Shown here piece after piece: positions 20,734 through 30,244 of a DNA stretch of 64,000 nucleotides. The notes under the pieces are model-generated. The model was not told the origin of the DNA and did no database searches. It was given only the letters and a program-made list of their open reading frames with translations. Every line of letters starts with the position of its first letter. Positions within the stretch are counted from its first letter, which is position 1. The translations under genes and the position numbers were made by a program. The stretch comes from Phycisphaerae bacterium (GTDB lineage Bacteria; Planctomycetota; Phycisphaerae; UBA1845; Fen-1342), in contig CAXXTC010000005.1 in NCBI GenBank assembly GCA_963666925.2, positions 126,108-190,107 of the forward strand, in the 5' to 3' direction.

Positions 20734-23700
20734 GTGTTTGCGACTGATCACCCCCTGTTCGCCGCCCTGCGCCAGCGGGTGCTCGTGTTTGACGGGGCCA
20801 TGGGCACCAGCCTGCATGCCCGCGACCTGCCGCTGAGCGATTATCGCGACCTGGAAAACTGCTCGGAGATTCTCAACGAGACCCGGCCAGACGTGATCGA
20901 GGAGATTCATTGCGGCTTCCTGGAGGTGGGTTGCGACGCGGTCGAGACGAACACGTTCGGGGCCAATCACGTGGTGCTGGCCGAGTTCGGGCTGGCCGAA
21001 CGTACCTACGAGTTGAACGTGGAGGCAGCCGAGATCGCCCGGCGGGCGACGGCGAAGTACTCGACGCCGGATCGGCCGCGGTTCGTTATCGGATCGATCG
21101 GCCCGGGCACGAAACTGATTTCGCTATGTCAGATCGGGTATGACGCGCTGCTGGCCAGCTATGTCGACCAGATCCACGGGCTGCTCGACGGGGGGGTTGA
21201 CGCGCTGCTGATCGAGACCTGCCAGGACATCCTGCAAACCAAGACAGCGATTCACGCTGCGCGGCAAAACTTCGAGCGGGTGGGGCGGGCGGTGCCGCTG
21301 ATGTGCCAGGTGACGATGGAGACCACCGGCACAATGCTGATGGGCACGGACATGGCGGCCGCGGTGGTGGCGCTCGAGGCGTTTCCGGAAGTAACCGTGA
21401 TCGGGCTGAACTGCGCCACCGGGCCGCAGGAGATGAGCGAGCACGTGCGTTACCTGGCGCAGCACTGTTCGCGACTGATCAGCGTGCTGCCGAACGCCGG
21501 CCTGCCACAGGTGGTGGCGGGGCAAACGCATTTTCCGCTGTCGCCGGAGGAGTTGGCGCGTTGGCTGCGCGAGTTTGTCGTCGCGGACGGCGTCAACATT
21601 GTCGGGGGTTGTTGCGGCACGACGCCGGAACATCTGCGCGCGGTCGCCGCGGCCGTCGATGGCCTGAATCCGACGGTGCGTCAGCCGCAGCACGAGCCGG
21701 CGGTCAGCAGTTTGTATCACGCCGTCTCGATGCACCAGGAAACAAGCTTCCTGATCGTCGGTGAGCGCTGCAACACGAACGGCTCGCGGAAATTCAAGCG
21801 GCTGGTCGCGGAGGACGACGTCGACGGCCTGCTGGCGATAGCGACCGAGCAGGTGAACGAAGGCGCCCACGTACTGGACGTGTGTGTCGACGCCGTCGGA
21901 CGCGACGGTGTGGCGGACATGACCCGGGTCATCGAGCGTTTCGGCAGCGACATCAACGCGCCGCTGATGCTCGACTCGACCGAGGTTGAGGTGATCGAGG
22001 CAGGGCTCAAGCTTGCCGGCGGCAAGTGCATCGTCAACTCGGTGAATCTCGAGGACGGCGGCGCGCGTCTGGATCGTGTCTGCCGGATGTTGCGCCAGTA
22101 CGGTGCCGCCGTCGTGGCCCTGACCATCGACGACGACCCACAGGAGGCGATGGCGAAGACGGCCGACCGCAAGCTGGCGATCGCCACGCGAATTCACGAC
22201 CTGTTGACCGGGAAGTACGACGTTCGCGCGGAGGATATCTTCTTCGATTGTCTAACGTTTCCGATCACGACCGGCAACGCGGAGGATCGCCGGTTGGCAC
22301 TGGAGACGCTGGATGGCATCGAGCGCGTCATGGAGCGTTTCCCGGAGTGCCAGTCGATTCTCGGCGTAAGCAACGTCAGCTTCGGACTGGTGCCCGCGGC
22401 ACGCGTGGTGCTCAACTCGGCGTTTTTGTACGAGGCCTGCCAGCGCGGGCTGACGGCGGCGATCGTGCATGCCGGCAAGATCATTCCGCGCAACCAGATC
22501 AGCGACGAGCGCTGGTCGGCGGCGCTGGATCTGATTTACGATTGGCGCGAGCAGGGTGATCCGTTGGCGCGGTTCATGGGGCTGTTTTCCGCGGACGAAA
22601 AGATCGGCGAGAAAGCGCCGATCGCGGACCTACCGGTCGAGGAGCGCCTCAAGCAGCGCATCATTGACGGCAACCGCGCCGGACTGGCCGAGGATCTGAA
22701 GGAAGCCCGGCAGAAGTACAACCCGGTCTACATCATTAACGAGTTTCTGCTGGGGGGGATGAAGATTGTGGGCGAGCTGTTCGGCAGTGGCCAGATGCAG
22801 TTGCCGTTCGTGCTCAAGTCGGCCGAGACGATGAAGGCGGCCGTCGCGCACCTCGAGCCCCACATGGAGCGCAGCGAAGCGCAGGATCGGGGGAAGATTG
22901 TGCTGGCGACGGTGCGTGGCGACGTGCACGACATCGGCAAGAACCTGGTCGACATCATCCTGAGCAACAACGGCTACAAGGTTTACAACCTGGGCATCAA
23001 GCAGCCGATCGCCAACGTCATCAACGCGTTGCATGAGCACGGTGCGGACGTGATCGGGCTTTCGGGGTTGCTGGTCAAGTCGACCGTGGTGATGCGTGAG
23101 GACCTGGACGTGCTCAATGAGCAGAACATCCGCGTGCCGGTGATTCTGGGCGGGGCGGCACTGACGCGGAAATACGTCGAGGGTGAGCTGCGTTCGGTGT
23201 ATCGCGGGCCGCTTCATTATGCGAAGGACGCGTTCGACGGTTTGTCACTGATGGGGACGATTGCGGCGGGGCCGGCGGCGGCCGAGGCGGAAGCGGTCGG
23301 CGAGGTCGCAGCGCCGACAGCGGCGCAGATACGCAGTATTGCGGAGCAGCGTTTCGGGTTGCGAGCGGTTGATCATGATGACGCTGAGCGGCAGCGCGAG
23401 GCGGAGGTGGCAGCGCGTGAGGCGACGGCCGCCGAACGCGAGCCGACAGAGGTCGCGGAGCAACACGATTCGGACATCGGGCATGAGTGGCCGGTACCAC
23501 GACCGCCGTTCTGGGGCGCGCGGGTGGTGACGCACGTGCCGATCAAGGCAGCGCTGGGTTACATCAACGAGACGATGCTGTTCCAGGTGCAGTGGGGATT
23601 TCGTCGACAGCGGCGCGAGCAGGTCGAGTGGCGCCGCTACATCGAGACGGAGGTGCGGCCGATCTATCGCGAGCTGGTCGAGCGCTGTCAGCGTGAGGAG

Positions 23701-24315
23701 ATTCTCCAGCCGCGGGCGATTTACGGCTACTGGCCGGCGAACAGTGATGGCGACGATCTGCTGATCTTCGCACCGCCGCCGCAGGATCTGGATCGGCCCG
23801 AATTGCACGGTCCGGAAGTGGTGCGGTTCAGCTTCCCGCGCCAGAAGAAACACCCGTACTGGTGTCTGGCGGATTTCTGGCGGCCGGTGCAATCGGGCGT
23901 GGTCGACGTGGCAGCGTTTTCGCTGGTGACGGCCGGCCCGCGTGTCAGCGAAGTGGCCCAACAGTGGTTCGAGCGCAACGACTATCAGCAGTACCTCTTC
24001 CTGCACGGGTTGGGGGTCGAGTTGGCCGAGGCGCTGGCGGAGCACTTCCACAAGCAGATCCGGGCGGAGCTGGGCGTCGCGCAGCAGGATGCCCGCGACC
24101 TGAAAAAGCTGTTCCAACAGGGCTACCAGGGCAGCCGGTATAGCTTTGGCTATCCGGCCTGTCCGAACCTGGAAGACCAGGCGCCGCTGGTCAAGCTGCT
24201 CGGCAGCGAGCGCATCGGCGTGCGCTTAAGCGAGGAATATCAGCTTGAGCCCGAACAGACGACCAGCGCGCTGATCACCTACCACCCGGAGGCACGCTAC
24301 TTCAACGTGCGCTGA
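20734..24315 (+). CDS. metH: Cobalamin-dependent methionine synthase
   Basis: DGAMGT, GLNCATGP, GGCCGT, IVGERCN, GDVHDIGKN, GSRYSFGYPACP. Confidence 0.97.
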   Translation: MFATDHPLFAALRQRVLVFDGAMGTSLHARDLPLSDYRDLENCSEILNETRPDVIEEIHCGFLEVGCDAVETNTFGANHVVLAEFGLAERTYELNVEAAEIARRATAKYSTPDRPRFVIGSIGPGTKLISLCQIGYDALLASYVDQIHGLLDGGVDALLIETCQDILQTKTAIHAARQNFERVGRAVPLMCQVTMETTGTMLMGTDMAAAVVALEAFPEVTVIGLNCATGPQEMSEHVRYLAQHCSRLISVLPNAGLPQVVAGQTHFPLSPEELARWLREFVVADGVNIVGGCCGTTPEHLRAVAAAVDGLNPTVRQPQHEPAVSSLYHAVSMHQETSFLIVGERCNTNGSRKFKRLVAEDDVDGLLAIATEQVNEGAHVLDVCVDAVGRDGVADMTRVIERFGSDINAPLMLDSTEVEVIEAGLKLAGGKCIVNSVNLEDGGARLDRVCRMLRQYGAAVVALTIDDDPQEAMAKTADRKLAIATRIHDLLTGKYDVRAEDIFFDCLTFPITTGNAEDRRLALETLDGIERVMERFPECQSILGVSNVSFGLVPAARVVLNSAFLYEACQRGLTAAIVHAGKIIPRNQISDERWSAALDLIYDWREQGDPLARFMGLFSADEKIGEKAPIADLPVEERLKQRIIDGNRAGLAEDLKEARQKYNPVYIINEFLLGGMKIVGELFGSGQMQLPFVLKSAETMKAAVAHLEPHMERSEAQDRGKIVLATVRGDVHDIGKNLVDIILSNNGYKVYNLGIKQPIANVINALHEHGADVIGLSGLLVKSTVVMREDLDVLNEQNIRVPVILGGAALTRKYVEGELRSVYRGPLHYAKDAFDGLSLMGTIAAGPAAAEAEAVGEVAAPTAAQIRSIAEQRFGLRAVDHDDAERQREAEVAAREATAAEREPTEVAEQHDSDIGHEWPVPRPPFWGARVVTHVPIKAALGYINETMLFQVQWGFRRQRREQVEWRRYIETEVRPIYRELVERCQREEILQPRAIYGYWPANSDGDDLLIFAPPPQDLDRPELHGPEVVRFSFPRQKKHPYWCLADFWRPVQSGVVDVAAFSLVTAGPRVSEVAQQWFERNDYQQYLFLHGLGVELAEALAEHFHKQIRAELGVAQQDARDLKKLFQQGYQGSRYSFGYPACPNLEDQAPLVKLLGSERIGVRLSEEYQLEPEQTTSALITYHPEARYFNVR

Positions 24316-25428
24316 TCCGCACCATCAGGGGTGGCTTCCGTTTCGGCAGCCTGGGCGACGGCCGCTTCTTCTTCGGCGAATTGTTCACGGCGCTGATGAA
24401 TGGCGGCGCCGAGCTGCTGCTGAAGGTCGGTTATGACGGAATGGCGGGCGCTGATGTGCATGTTGTGATTGGCCAGCTCGCGTAGCTGCTCTTCCGCTGA
24501 TTCGGGCACGCGCTCGATATCGGTGGTGAGTTCAGCAACGGCGGTCAGCACGTCGGGGGGCGGCCGTGTCGAGCCGCAGGGCGAGTGCGTCGAGCTCGGG
24601 CAGGCGGCCGGCCTGCCAGCGCGTCGCGGCCAGGTCGCACCAGGTTCCATAGGCGGGCGCAACGTGAGAACCGCTGTCTACCGCGTCAACAATGGCGTAC
24701 CCATGGTTCTGCGCGATCAGTTCGATCTCGTTGCTGGTCGCGTTGCGAAGCAGCACGAACTGGAACGCGCGCTTGGGTGTGAACTTGATGCCACTGGAAA
24801 GCGAGAGTGCACTGCGCAAGTTCGCAGGCAGGCCGGTGAGCGCCAAACGAATCAGGTCTTCGGCGAGGGGAATGTCAGCTAGCAGTGTTTGTCGCTCAGC
24901 CAACAGACCGTCGAGCAGCAGAGCGGCCTGCTGCGTCTCGTTGCGCGTCGGCCAACCTTCGAGGGCGACGCCGAGCGACAGTTCCAGCGGTTCGAGGTTG
25001 CCTTCAGTCTTGGTAAGCAGGTTGTCGCCGAGCATTTCACGGGCGGCGTTGGCAACGCGCCACGGGTCATGGCCGAAACGGGCGAACTGCTCCATGGTCA
25101 GCACAAGCACGTGCGTGTGCACGCGGCAGCCGCCACGGCCGGTGTGCTCTTCCTCGGCGTTGCAGGCCAGCAGCAGGCAGTGGCGTCCGCTCTCCAGCGG
25201 GAAGCTGGCTAGGCCGGCGGCGCCGGTTTCGCCATCACACAGACTGCCGTGCGAGGGTGCACAGCGCGTGATCTCCTGGCGTTCAGCGGGGCTCAGGCCG
25301 CGCGTGCCGGCCACCAGTCGATAGCCGCCGCTGTCCATGGGCGAGGGGATCGAGGTGAAGACGGCGTGTTCGACGGCCACCGCAGATTGATCGGCCGGCG
25401 AGGTTGCTAAAGCTGTCCGAGTGTCCAT
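24297..25428 (-). CDS. GAP1-N-like (GTPase-associated) protein, frameshifted at G6 run 24555-24560
   Basis: HAVFTS..GGYRLVA..PSHGSL..FPLESGRHC..EHTGRGG..VHTH. ORFs 24532-25428 and 24297-24662 join at the homopolymer (..DTAAP/DVLTAVAEL..). Confidence 0.65.
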
Positions 25429-26282
25429 TCGAAGGGCTCCAGTACGCCCCGCAAGGCCGTGTGGAGCGGCACTGGGACGACGTAGTCTTCGCCCTCACGC
25501 GTGGCGTAGGCCAGCGAGCCGACCACGCTACAGGCGAAGAATTCGACCTTGCTGAACCGGCTTTCACACATGTTCCACAAACGATTGAGATTGGCCTCGG
25601 CGAAACGGCGCGGATCGTCGAAACAGGCCGGCACGTAGTCGGCCTTGGTAAGCACGATGGCGATAGGCATGTCGATCTTGCGGTTGCGCTTGCCAGAGTA
25701 GAGCGCGTCGATGTAGCTGAGCATCTTGAGTCCGAAGAAGTCGGGCTGAGCAGAGCCATTGGCAGCCAGGGCAGCGTCGACCAGCAACAGCAGGCCGGCC
25801 GACTGGGCCAGCAGGCTCTCGATCACCTGGAAGGTGCGCGGGTTGGCAATCTCAGCGGCGATGGCCTCGCCGGCCATGTCGGGCATGACCAGGTCGAACC
25901 ATTTCGTGTGGCGTGCCCGCTTGCCGACCTGATAGTAAGCCCATTTCCACTCGTTGGATTCCATGGGCGTCTTGGGTGGAAACATGCGGTAGGCCATGTG
26001 GCTGATGACCATCTGCTGGAGATCGACGGAGTAGGCCCCGCGCGGGACAGCCTCGAAGTTGTCCGCCCGTTGCGAGAGCATGTCGAGCAGGAAGCCGAGG
26101 TAGACGGTCTTGCCAGCGTTGCTATCGCCGATCAGGCTGACGATGCGCGGCTCGCGTTTCTGGGCGATGGCTTCGTGCACCAGCGCCAGCGGGGCGGCGC
26201 ACTCTTTGCATACGGTGTTCTGATCCGCGTTGCGCGTGCCGCAAATCAGGCACTCGGTTTGACTGTTCGCGGTGATAGGCAC
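25407..26282 (-). CDS. TRAFAC-class GTPase (double-GTPase 2-like) with N-terminal Zn ribbon
   Basis: CLIC..CKEC; G1 GDSNAGKT, G2 FPPKT, G3 DMAGE, G4 TKAD; C-terminal GVLEPFEW. Confidence 0.85.
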   Translation of the reverse strand: MPITANSQTECLICGTRNADQNTVCKECAAPLALVHEAIAQKREPRIVSLIGDSNAGKTVYLGFLLDMLSQRADNFEAVPRGAYSVDLQQMVISHMAYRMFPPKTPMESNEWKWAYYQVGKRARHTKWFDLVMPDMAGEAIAAEIANPRTFQVIESLLAQSAGLLLLVDAALAANGSAQPDFFGLKMLSYIDALYSGKRNRKIDMPIAIVLTKADYVPACFDDPRRFAEANLNRLWNMCESRFSKVEFFACSVVGSLAYATREGEDYVVPVPLHTALRGVLEPFEWTLGQL

Positions 26283-26315
26283 GTCGTCTCCTTCCTGCGT
26301 CGACGAGTGGACGGG

Positions 26316-27293
26316 TTAGTCGGTCACCAGATCCATGGCACATCTCACGCCGACGTTGTGCGCACGGGACAGGCAGGTGAGCGCGGAGCGGAAGCTGCTC
26401 GTGGCCTGCCAGGCGAAATAGGTGTCAAAAGCGCCGCCGCGAATACCCTTCATCAGCGTATCGCCGATGACATTGCGGCCCTCGCGGTCGGTGGCGGCGA
26501 AATCAGAGCTGGTCCACTCCCAGACGTTGCCGATGAGTTGCTGAACGCCGTTGGGAGCGGTGCCCTTGGAGCAAGCGTCGACGGGCAAAACGCCGCGGTG
26601 CCCGGACGCCCAAATGTTGCAGGCTTCGATGTCGAAGTTGTCGCCCCAGGGGTAGCGTCGGCTGACGTGGGCGGCGCTGCGGACACGCCAACAGGCGGCC
26701 ATCTGCCATTCGGGTTCGGTGGGCAGACGGAAGCCGGCCCAGGTGGCGTAGGCAGCCGCCTCGTAGTAGCAGACGCCGACGACGGGGTGCTTGGCGAGGC
26801 GGCGATCGTGTCGGCCCTGGCGCCAAAAGCGTGGTCCGGGTTGGCCGGTGAGATCCTTGAAGCCGATCAGATGCGGCCAGATCTCCTCGGGCCAGAGGGC
26901 GACGTCCTCGTAGCCGCCGGCGTCGACGAAATGCTGATACTGGGCGTTGGTAACGGGAGATCGCGCCAGGAGAAACGGACCGGTCTCGCAGTCCTTTTCG
27001 GGGTAGCCGGGCTGATCGAATACGGTGAGCGGGAGCGAGATAATACCCTCGGGCACCAGGGCGAACTGCTCGTCGATGGCGCGCACCGCCTGTTGAAAGG
27101 CGGCGGCGAACCCGGGTTGATCCTGGAGGGCGTCGCGCTGAGAAACCAGCAGCCCGTAGCAGCCCGCCTCTAGCGCGCAGGCTACCGGATCGTCCGGCAT
27201 GTTAGCGCGGTCAGCGGGGCTGAAGTCGCCGCGCTCCGCCAGAACCTGGGCGTCAAGAGCCGACTTGCCACGTGCAAACATACCTACTGCCAT
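26316..27293 (-). CDS. FGE/sulfatase-modifying-factor fold protein, probably non-catalytic
   Basis: PVTNAQY, HPVVGV, FRLPTEPEWQMAA, RRYPWG, GNVWEWT, IRGGAF, NVGVRC. Confidence 0.88.
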   Translation of the reverse strand: MAVGMFARGKSALDAQVLAERGDFSPADRANMPDDPVACALEAGCYGLLVSQRDALQDQPGFAAAFQQAVRAIDEQFALVPEGIISLPLTVFDQPGYPEKDCETGPFLLARSPVTNAQYQHFVDAGGYEDVALWPEEIWPHLIGFKDLTGQPGPRFWRQGRHDRRLAKHPVVGVCYYEAAAYATWAGFRLPTEPEWQMAACWRVRSAAHVSRRYPWGDNFDIEACNIWASGHRGVLPVDACSKGTAPNGVQQLIGNVWEWTSSDFAATDREGRNVIGDTLMKGIRGGAFDTYFAWQATSSFRSALTCLSRAHNVGVRCAMDLVTD

Positions 27294-27321
27294 CGTTGTC
27301 ACCCTCGCGTTGATTAAGCTC

Positions 27322-28562
27322 CTACGCACCACCGCCGCCGATCGCACGGCGCTTGGCGTCCCGGCACAGCTTCTGAAAATGCTCGAGCGATTCGCGGGCC
27401 TTGCGGTCGGCGTTGGCAAGCTTGTCGTCGGAGTCGCTGGCCGCGGGGCTGGTGTTACAGTTGGACAGGCCAAGCGAGGACAACATGTCGCCCTTCTGAG
27501 TGGTCAACTCCTGAGCTTCGCCTTCGAGCTGGGCCTGGAGTTCGGCCAGGTTCCGGCGAGCGTTGTCCAATTCAGCCTGGCTGGCGGTGCATTCCGCCTG
27601 GGCCTGCGCCAGGGTCGCCTGCTGTTCGGCCTGATCGCGGCGGGCCTGGTCAAGCTCAGCCCGCTGACGTTTGATCTCGGCCTGCTGAGCTTCAAACTCG
27701 CCAGCCTGACGCTGCACCTGGGCCTCGCGCGCTTCCAGCCCGGCAAGCTTGTGTTCGAGCTCGTCGCGCGAGCCACCCAGCGACTGCTCGTGCTCAGCCA
27801 CAGCCTTGGCCCGCTGTTCGACCTCTTCGAGCTTCTGCTGCAACTCGGCCCGGAGACTGTCAATTTCGGTGTCACGCTGCTCCAACCGACCGGCACGCTC
27901 GGCCAACGACCGCTCGCGATCCTCAAGCTGGGTCAGCTTGCGCTGCGTCTCGCCCTGTGAACCACCGAGTGCCGACTCGCGGGATTCGAGGTCGCGCTCG
28001 CGCTGGCTGAGCGCACGCTCGCGAGTGTCAATCTCGGCGCGCCGCTGATCCAGCTCGCCCGACAGCTTTTCGGCCTGCTGTTCGAAAGTCGTGATGCGCT
28101 TGTGCTCCTCGCCCAGCGTGGCGGACTGGCGTTTCAGATCCTCGGCCATGGCCTGGACGCGCCGCTCACGCTGGATGAGCTCGTTCTCTCACGCTTGTTG
28201 AGCCCTTCTTCCCACCCGGTCATCTGCTCATAACGGTCGCGCAGACCCTCCGGAATCTGGCGAGCTTTGTTTTCAAGCTGCTTGGTTCGTTGCTCCAGTT
28301 GACGGTGCCACTCCTCCAGCCGATTCTCCCGCTCGGCAAGCCGCGCTTCACGCTGTTCAAGCTGCTGTTGTTCCTGAACGAGTTCGGCGTGGAAGTCCTC
28401 CAGCGCCCCCCGGCAATCCTCTAGTGCCGATGCGCGGGCGGCCAACTGCTCGCGCAACGCCTGCATCCCCAACACCACGTCAGCGCCGACGGTCTCGAGC
28501 CGCGCTACGTCGATCACGTCGGCCTCAGCCAACCCCGTCTTCTCTATGGTTGCACTTGCCAT
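27322..28562 (-). CDS. Long coiled-coil protein, frameshifted at a GA repeat near 28186-28190
   Basis: Continuous E/Q/R/L heptads in ORFs 28134-28583 and 27322-28149. Removing one AG gives ..NKRENELIQRERRVQAMAED..; GGAGG upstream of ATG 28562. Confidence 0.7.
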
Positions 28563-29005
28563 CTTCACTGCCTCCATAGTCATCCACCCGGCTCCACGCG
28601 CAGCTCTATCAACGGTTGTCGTTAATCCTGGTATTCACCCTTACCGGGCAACCCCCACAACTGGGACCTTAAACTGGGCAAGGTGCATAGAGTCACACTA
28701 GTCAATGTACGATTCGTTCTTCGTCACCTGACAGTTAAACCAACAACAAATACTGAAGTTGACGTTCCCGTCTCATAATCCCTTGGAGTCCGGCGGCGCC
28801 CCCCCACTTTGCCGGTAGTTGTGTTCCGCAGACGTTACGCCGGCGGGCTAGTGACCAGCCGGGGCAAGCACGGGCGTAGCGCATTATTGGCAGCGCTGCG
28901 TTACCGGTCAGGGCACGCTGCACGTACCGCCAGCGTGCGGTCCTGTAACGACCGGGATCAGTGACAGCGCGTGCGGTCGAGCCTTGCGAGCGGGTGCGGA
29001 GCGTC

Positions 29006-30244
29006 CTACACACGGCGCGGAGCGGGGGTGAGGATGGCCGTGGCGGCGGCCGCAGCCAGGAAGGGCATCAGGGGGACGCGATAACGCAGACTTCCGATAT
29101 AAATGCAGTGCAGCAATGCGAAGTAAATCACCGGCAGCCAGAGCAAGGCATGCAGGCTGCGTGTGCCGGGGGACAGGCGCCAGAACATGAGCTGATGGGG
29201 CCGAACGCGTGCGGCCAGGGCGCGGATCAGCCCGATCAATGCACCAAGCAACACAGCGGCGGTATAGACGGCACTGGCAACGGCGCTGGCCCCATGGCTG
29301 TGCTCGGATACGTTCGGCACCAGGTTCCAGGTGCGCAGGAACTTTCGGCCGGCCAGCGCCGCGACGCGCCACGGATCGCGGCGCATCTCTTCCAGGGCTA
29401 GGTCGCGCAGGGTGTGGTCGCGCGTCACCTCGTCGAGCTGCTCCAACTCGGGCATGTCCCCCAGGAAACTCTGATCGCTGTTACCGTCGGCCTGGGGGCC
29501 CTGGGCGTCGTAGAGAGTTACTCCGCCGTTGGTGCTGAGCCAGGCGGGGTTACCCAGGGTAGCCTGGTTGCGCAGCCCCCAGGGCAACATCAGCGCGACA
29601 AACATCACGGGCGCGATCAAAAGCTGGCCGAGCGTGCGGCGTCGATCGGCGGTGATGAAAAGCAACAGGACCCACAAGGCGGGGATCCACAACAGCGCTG
29701 AAGGACGCGTCAGGACACACAGCGGGCCGAGCACGGCGAGCCCCAGTGGCGCCCAGCCGGGCCGGCCGGGGCTGGTGGCCAGGCGCCAGGCGCAGGCGGT
29801 CAACGAAACGCCCAACAGCGTGAAGAGCACCTCGGTAAGCAGCAGGTTGGTAAAGAACACGCCGAAGGGATCGAAGCAGATCAGACCGGCGGTGATGTTG
29901 GCGCCGCGTCGATTGGTAGCGCTGCGCATGAAATGCCAGGCGATTATGGTGGTGGCAGCGCCGCAGCAGGCCTGGGCCAGGCGGGCAAGAAGCACGCCGG
30001 CGTCGCTGGAGGCGGCGAACAGGGCGAGAAACAGCGGGTAGAGCGGCATGCGGGCGGCCAGGCGGCCGTCGGTGCTGATCAGGTCACCCTGTTCGATGAG
30101 ATTGCGGGCGAGATCCCAGTGCAGTTGTTCGTCGGGGTATTCCAGGGCGGGACCGTTACTGTGCCAGCGGTAGATGATCCAGGCAACGCGCAGCAGCAGC
30201 GCGAGCAGGCCGAAGATCCAGGCCGGGTGCCAGCGCACCTTCAC
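29006..30244 (-). CDS. GT-C fold membrane glycosyltransferase (ArnT/PMT family 39-like)
   Basis: YPDE after TM1, RMPLYPLFL, LLTEVLF, PWGLRN, RYRVP; many TM helices. Confidence 0.8.
   Translation of the reverse strand: MKVRWHPAWIFGLLALLLRVAWIIYRWHSNGPALEYPDEQLHWDLARNLIEQGDLISTDGRLAARMPLYPLFLALFAASSDAGVLLARLAQACCGAATTIIAWHFMRSATNRRGANITAGLICFDPFGVFFTNLLLTEVLFTLLGVSLTACAWRLATSPGRPGWAPLGLAVLGPLCVLTRPSALLWIPALWVLLLFITADRRRTLGQLLIAPVMFVALMLPWGLRNQATLGNPAWLSTNGGVTLYDAQGPQADGNSDQSFLGDMPELEQLDEVTRDHTLRDLALEEMRRDPWRVAALAGRKFLRTWNLVPNVSEHSHGASAVASAVYTAAVLLGALIGLIRALAARVRPHQLMFWRLSPGTRSLHALLWLPVIYFALLHCIYIGSLRYRVPLMPFLAAAAATAILTPAPRRV

Noticed and set aside
25404..27173. 589-aa plus-strand ORF and similar long antisense ORFs (5305-6870, 30463-31950, 34578-36167, 40341-41978, 46246-48105, 49823-51394)
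   Set aside because: Shadow ORFs of well-supported genes, expected in high-GC DNA; they carry no motifs.
26316..29005. Diversity-generating retroelement targeting the FGE-fold gene
   Set aside because: No reverse transcriptase and no template repeat of the 3' end seen in the window.
28563..29005. AT-richer intergenic region as a riboswitch or small ORF
   Set aside because: No recognisable aptamer or credible ORF; probably the operon promoter region.
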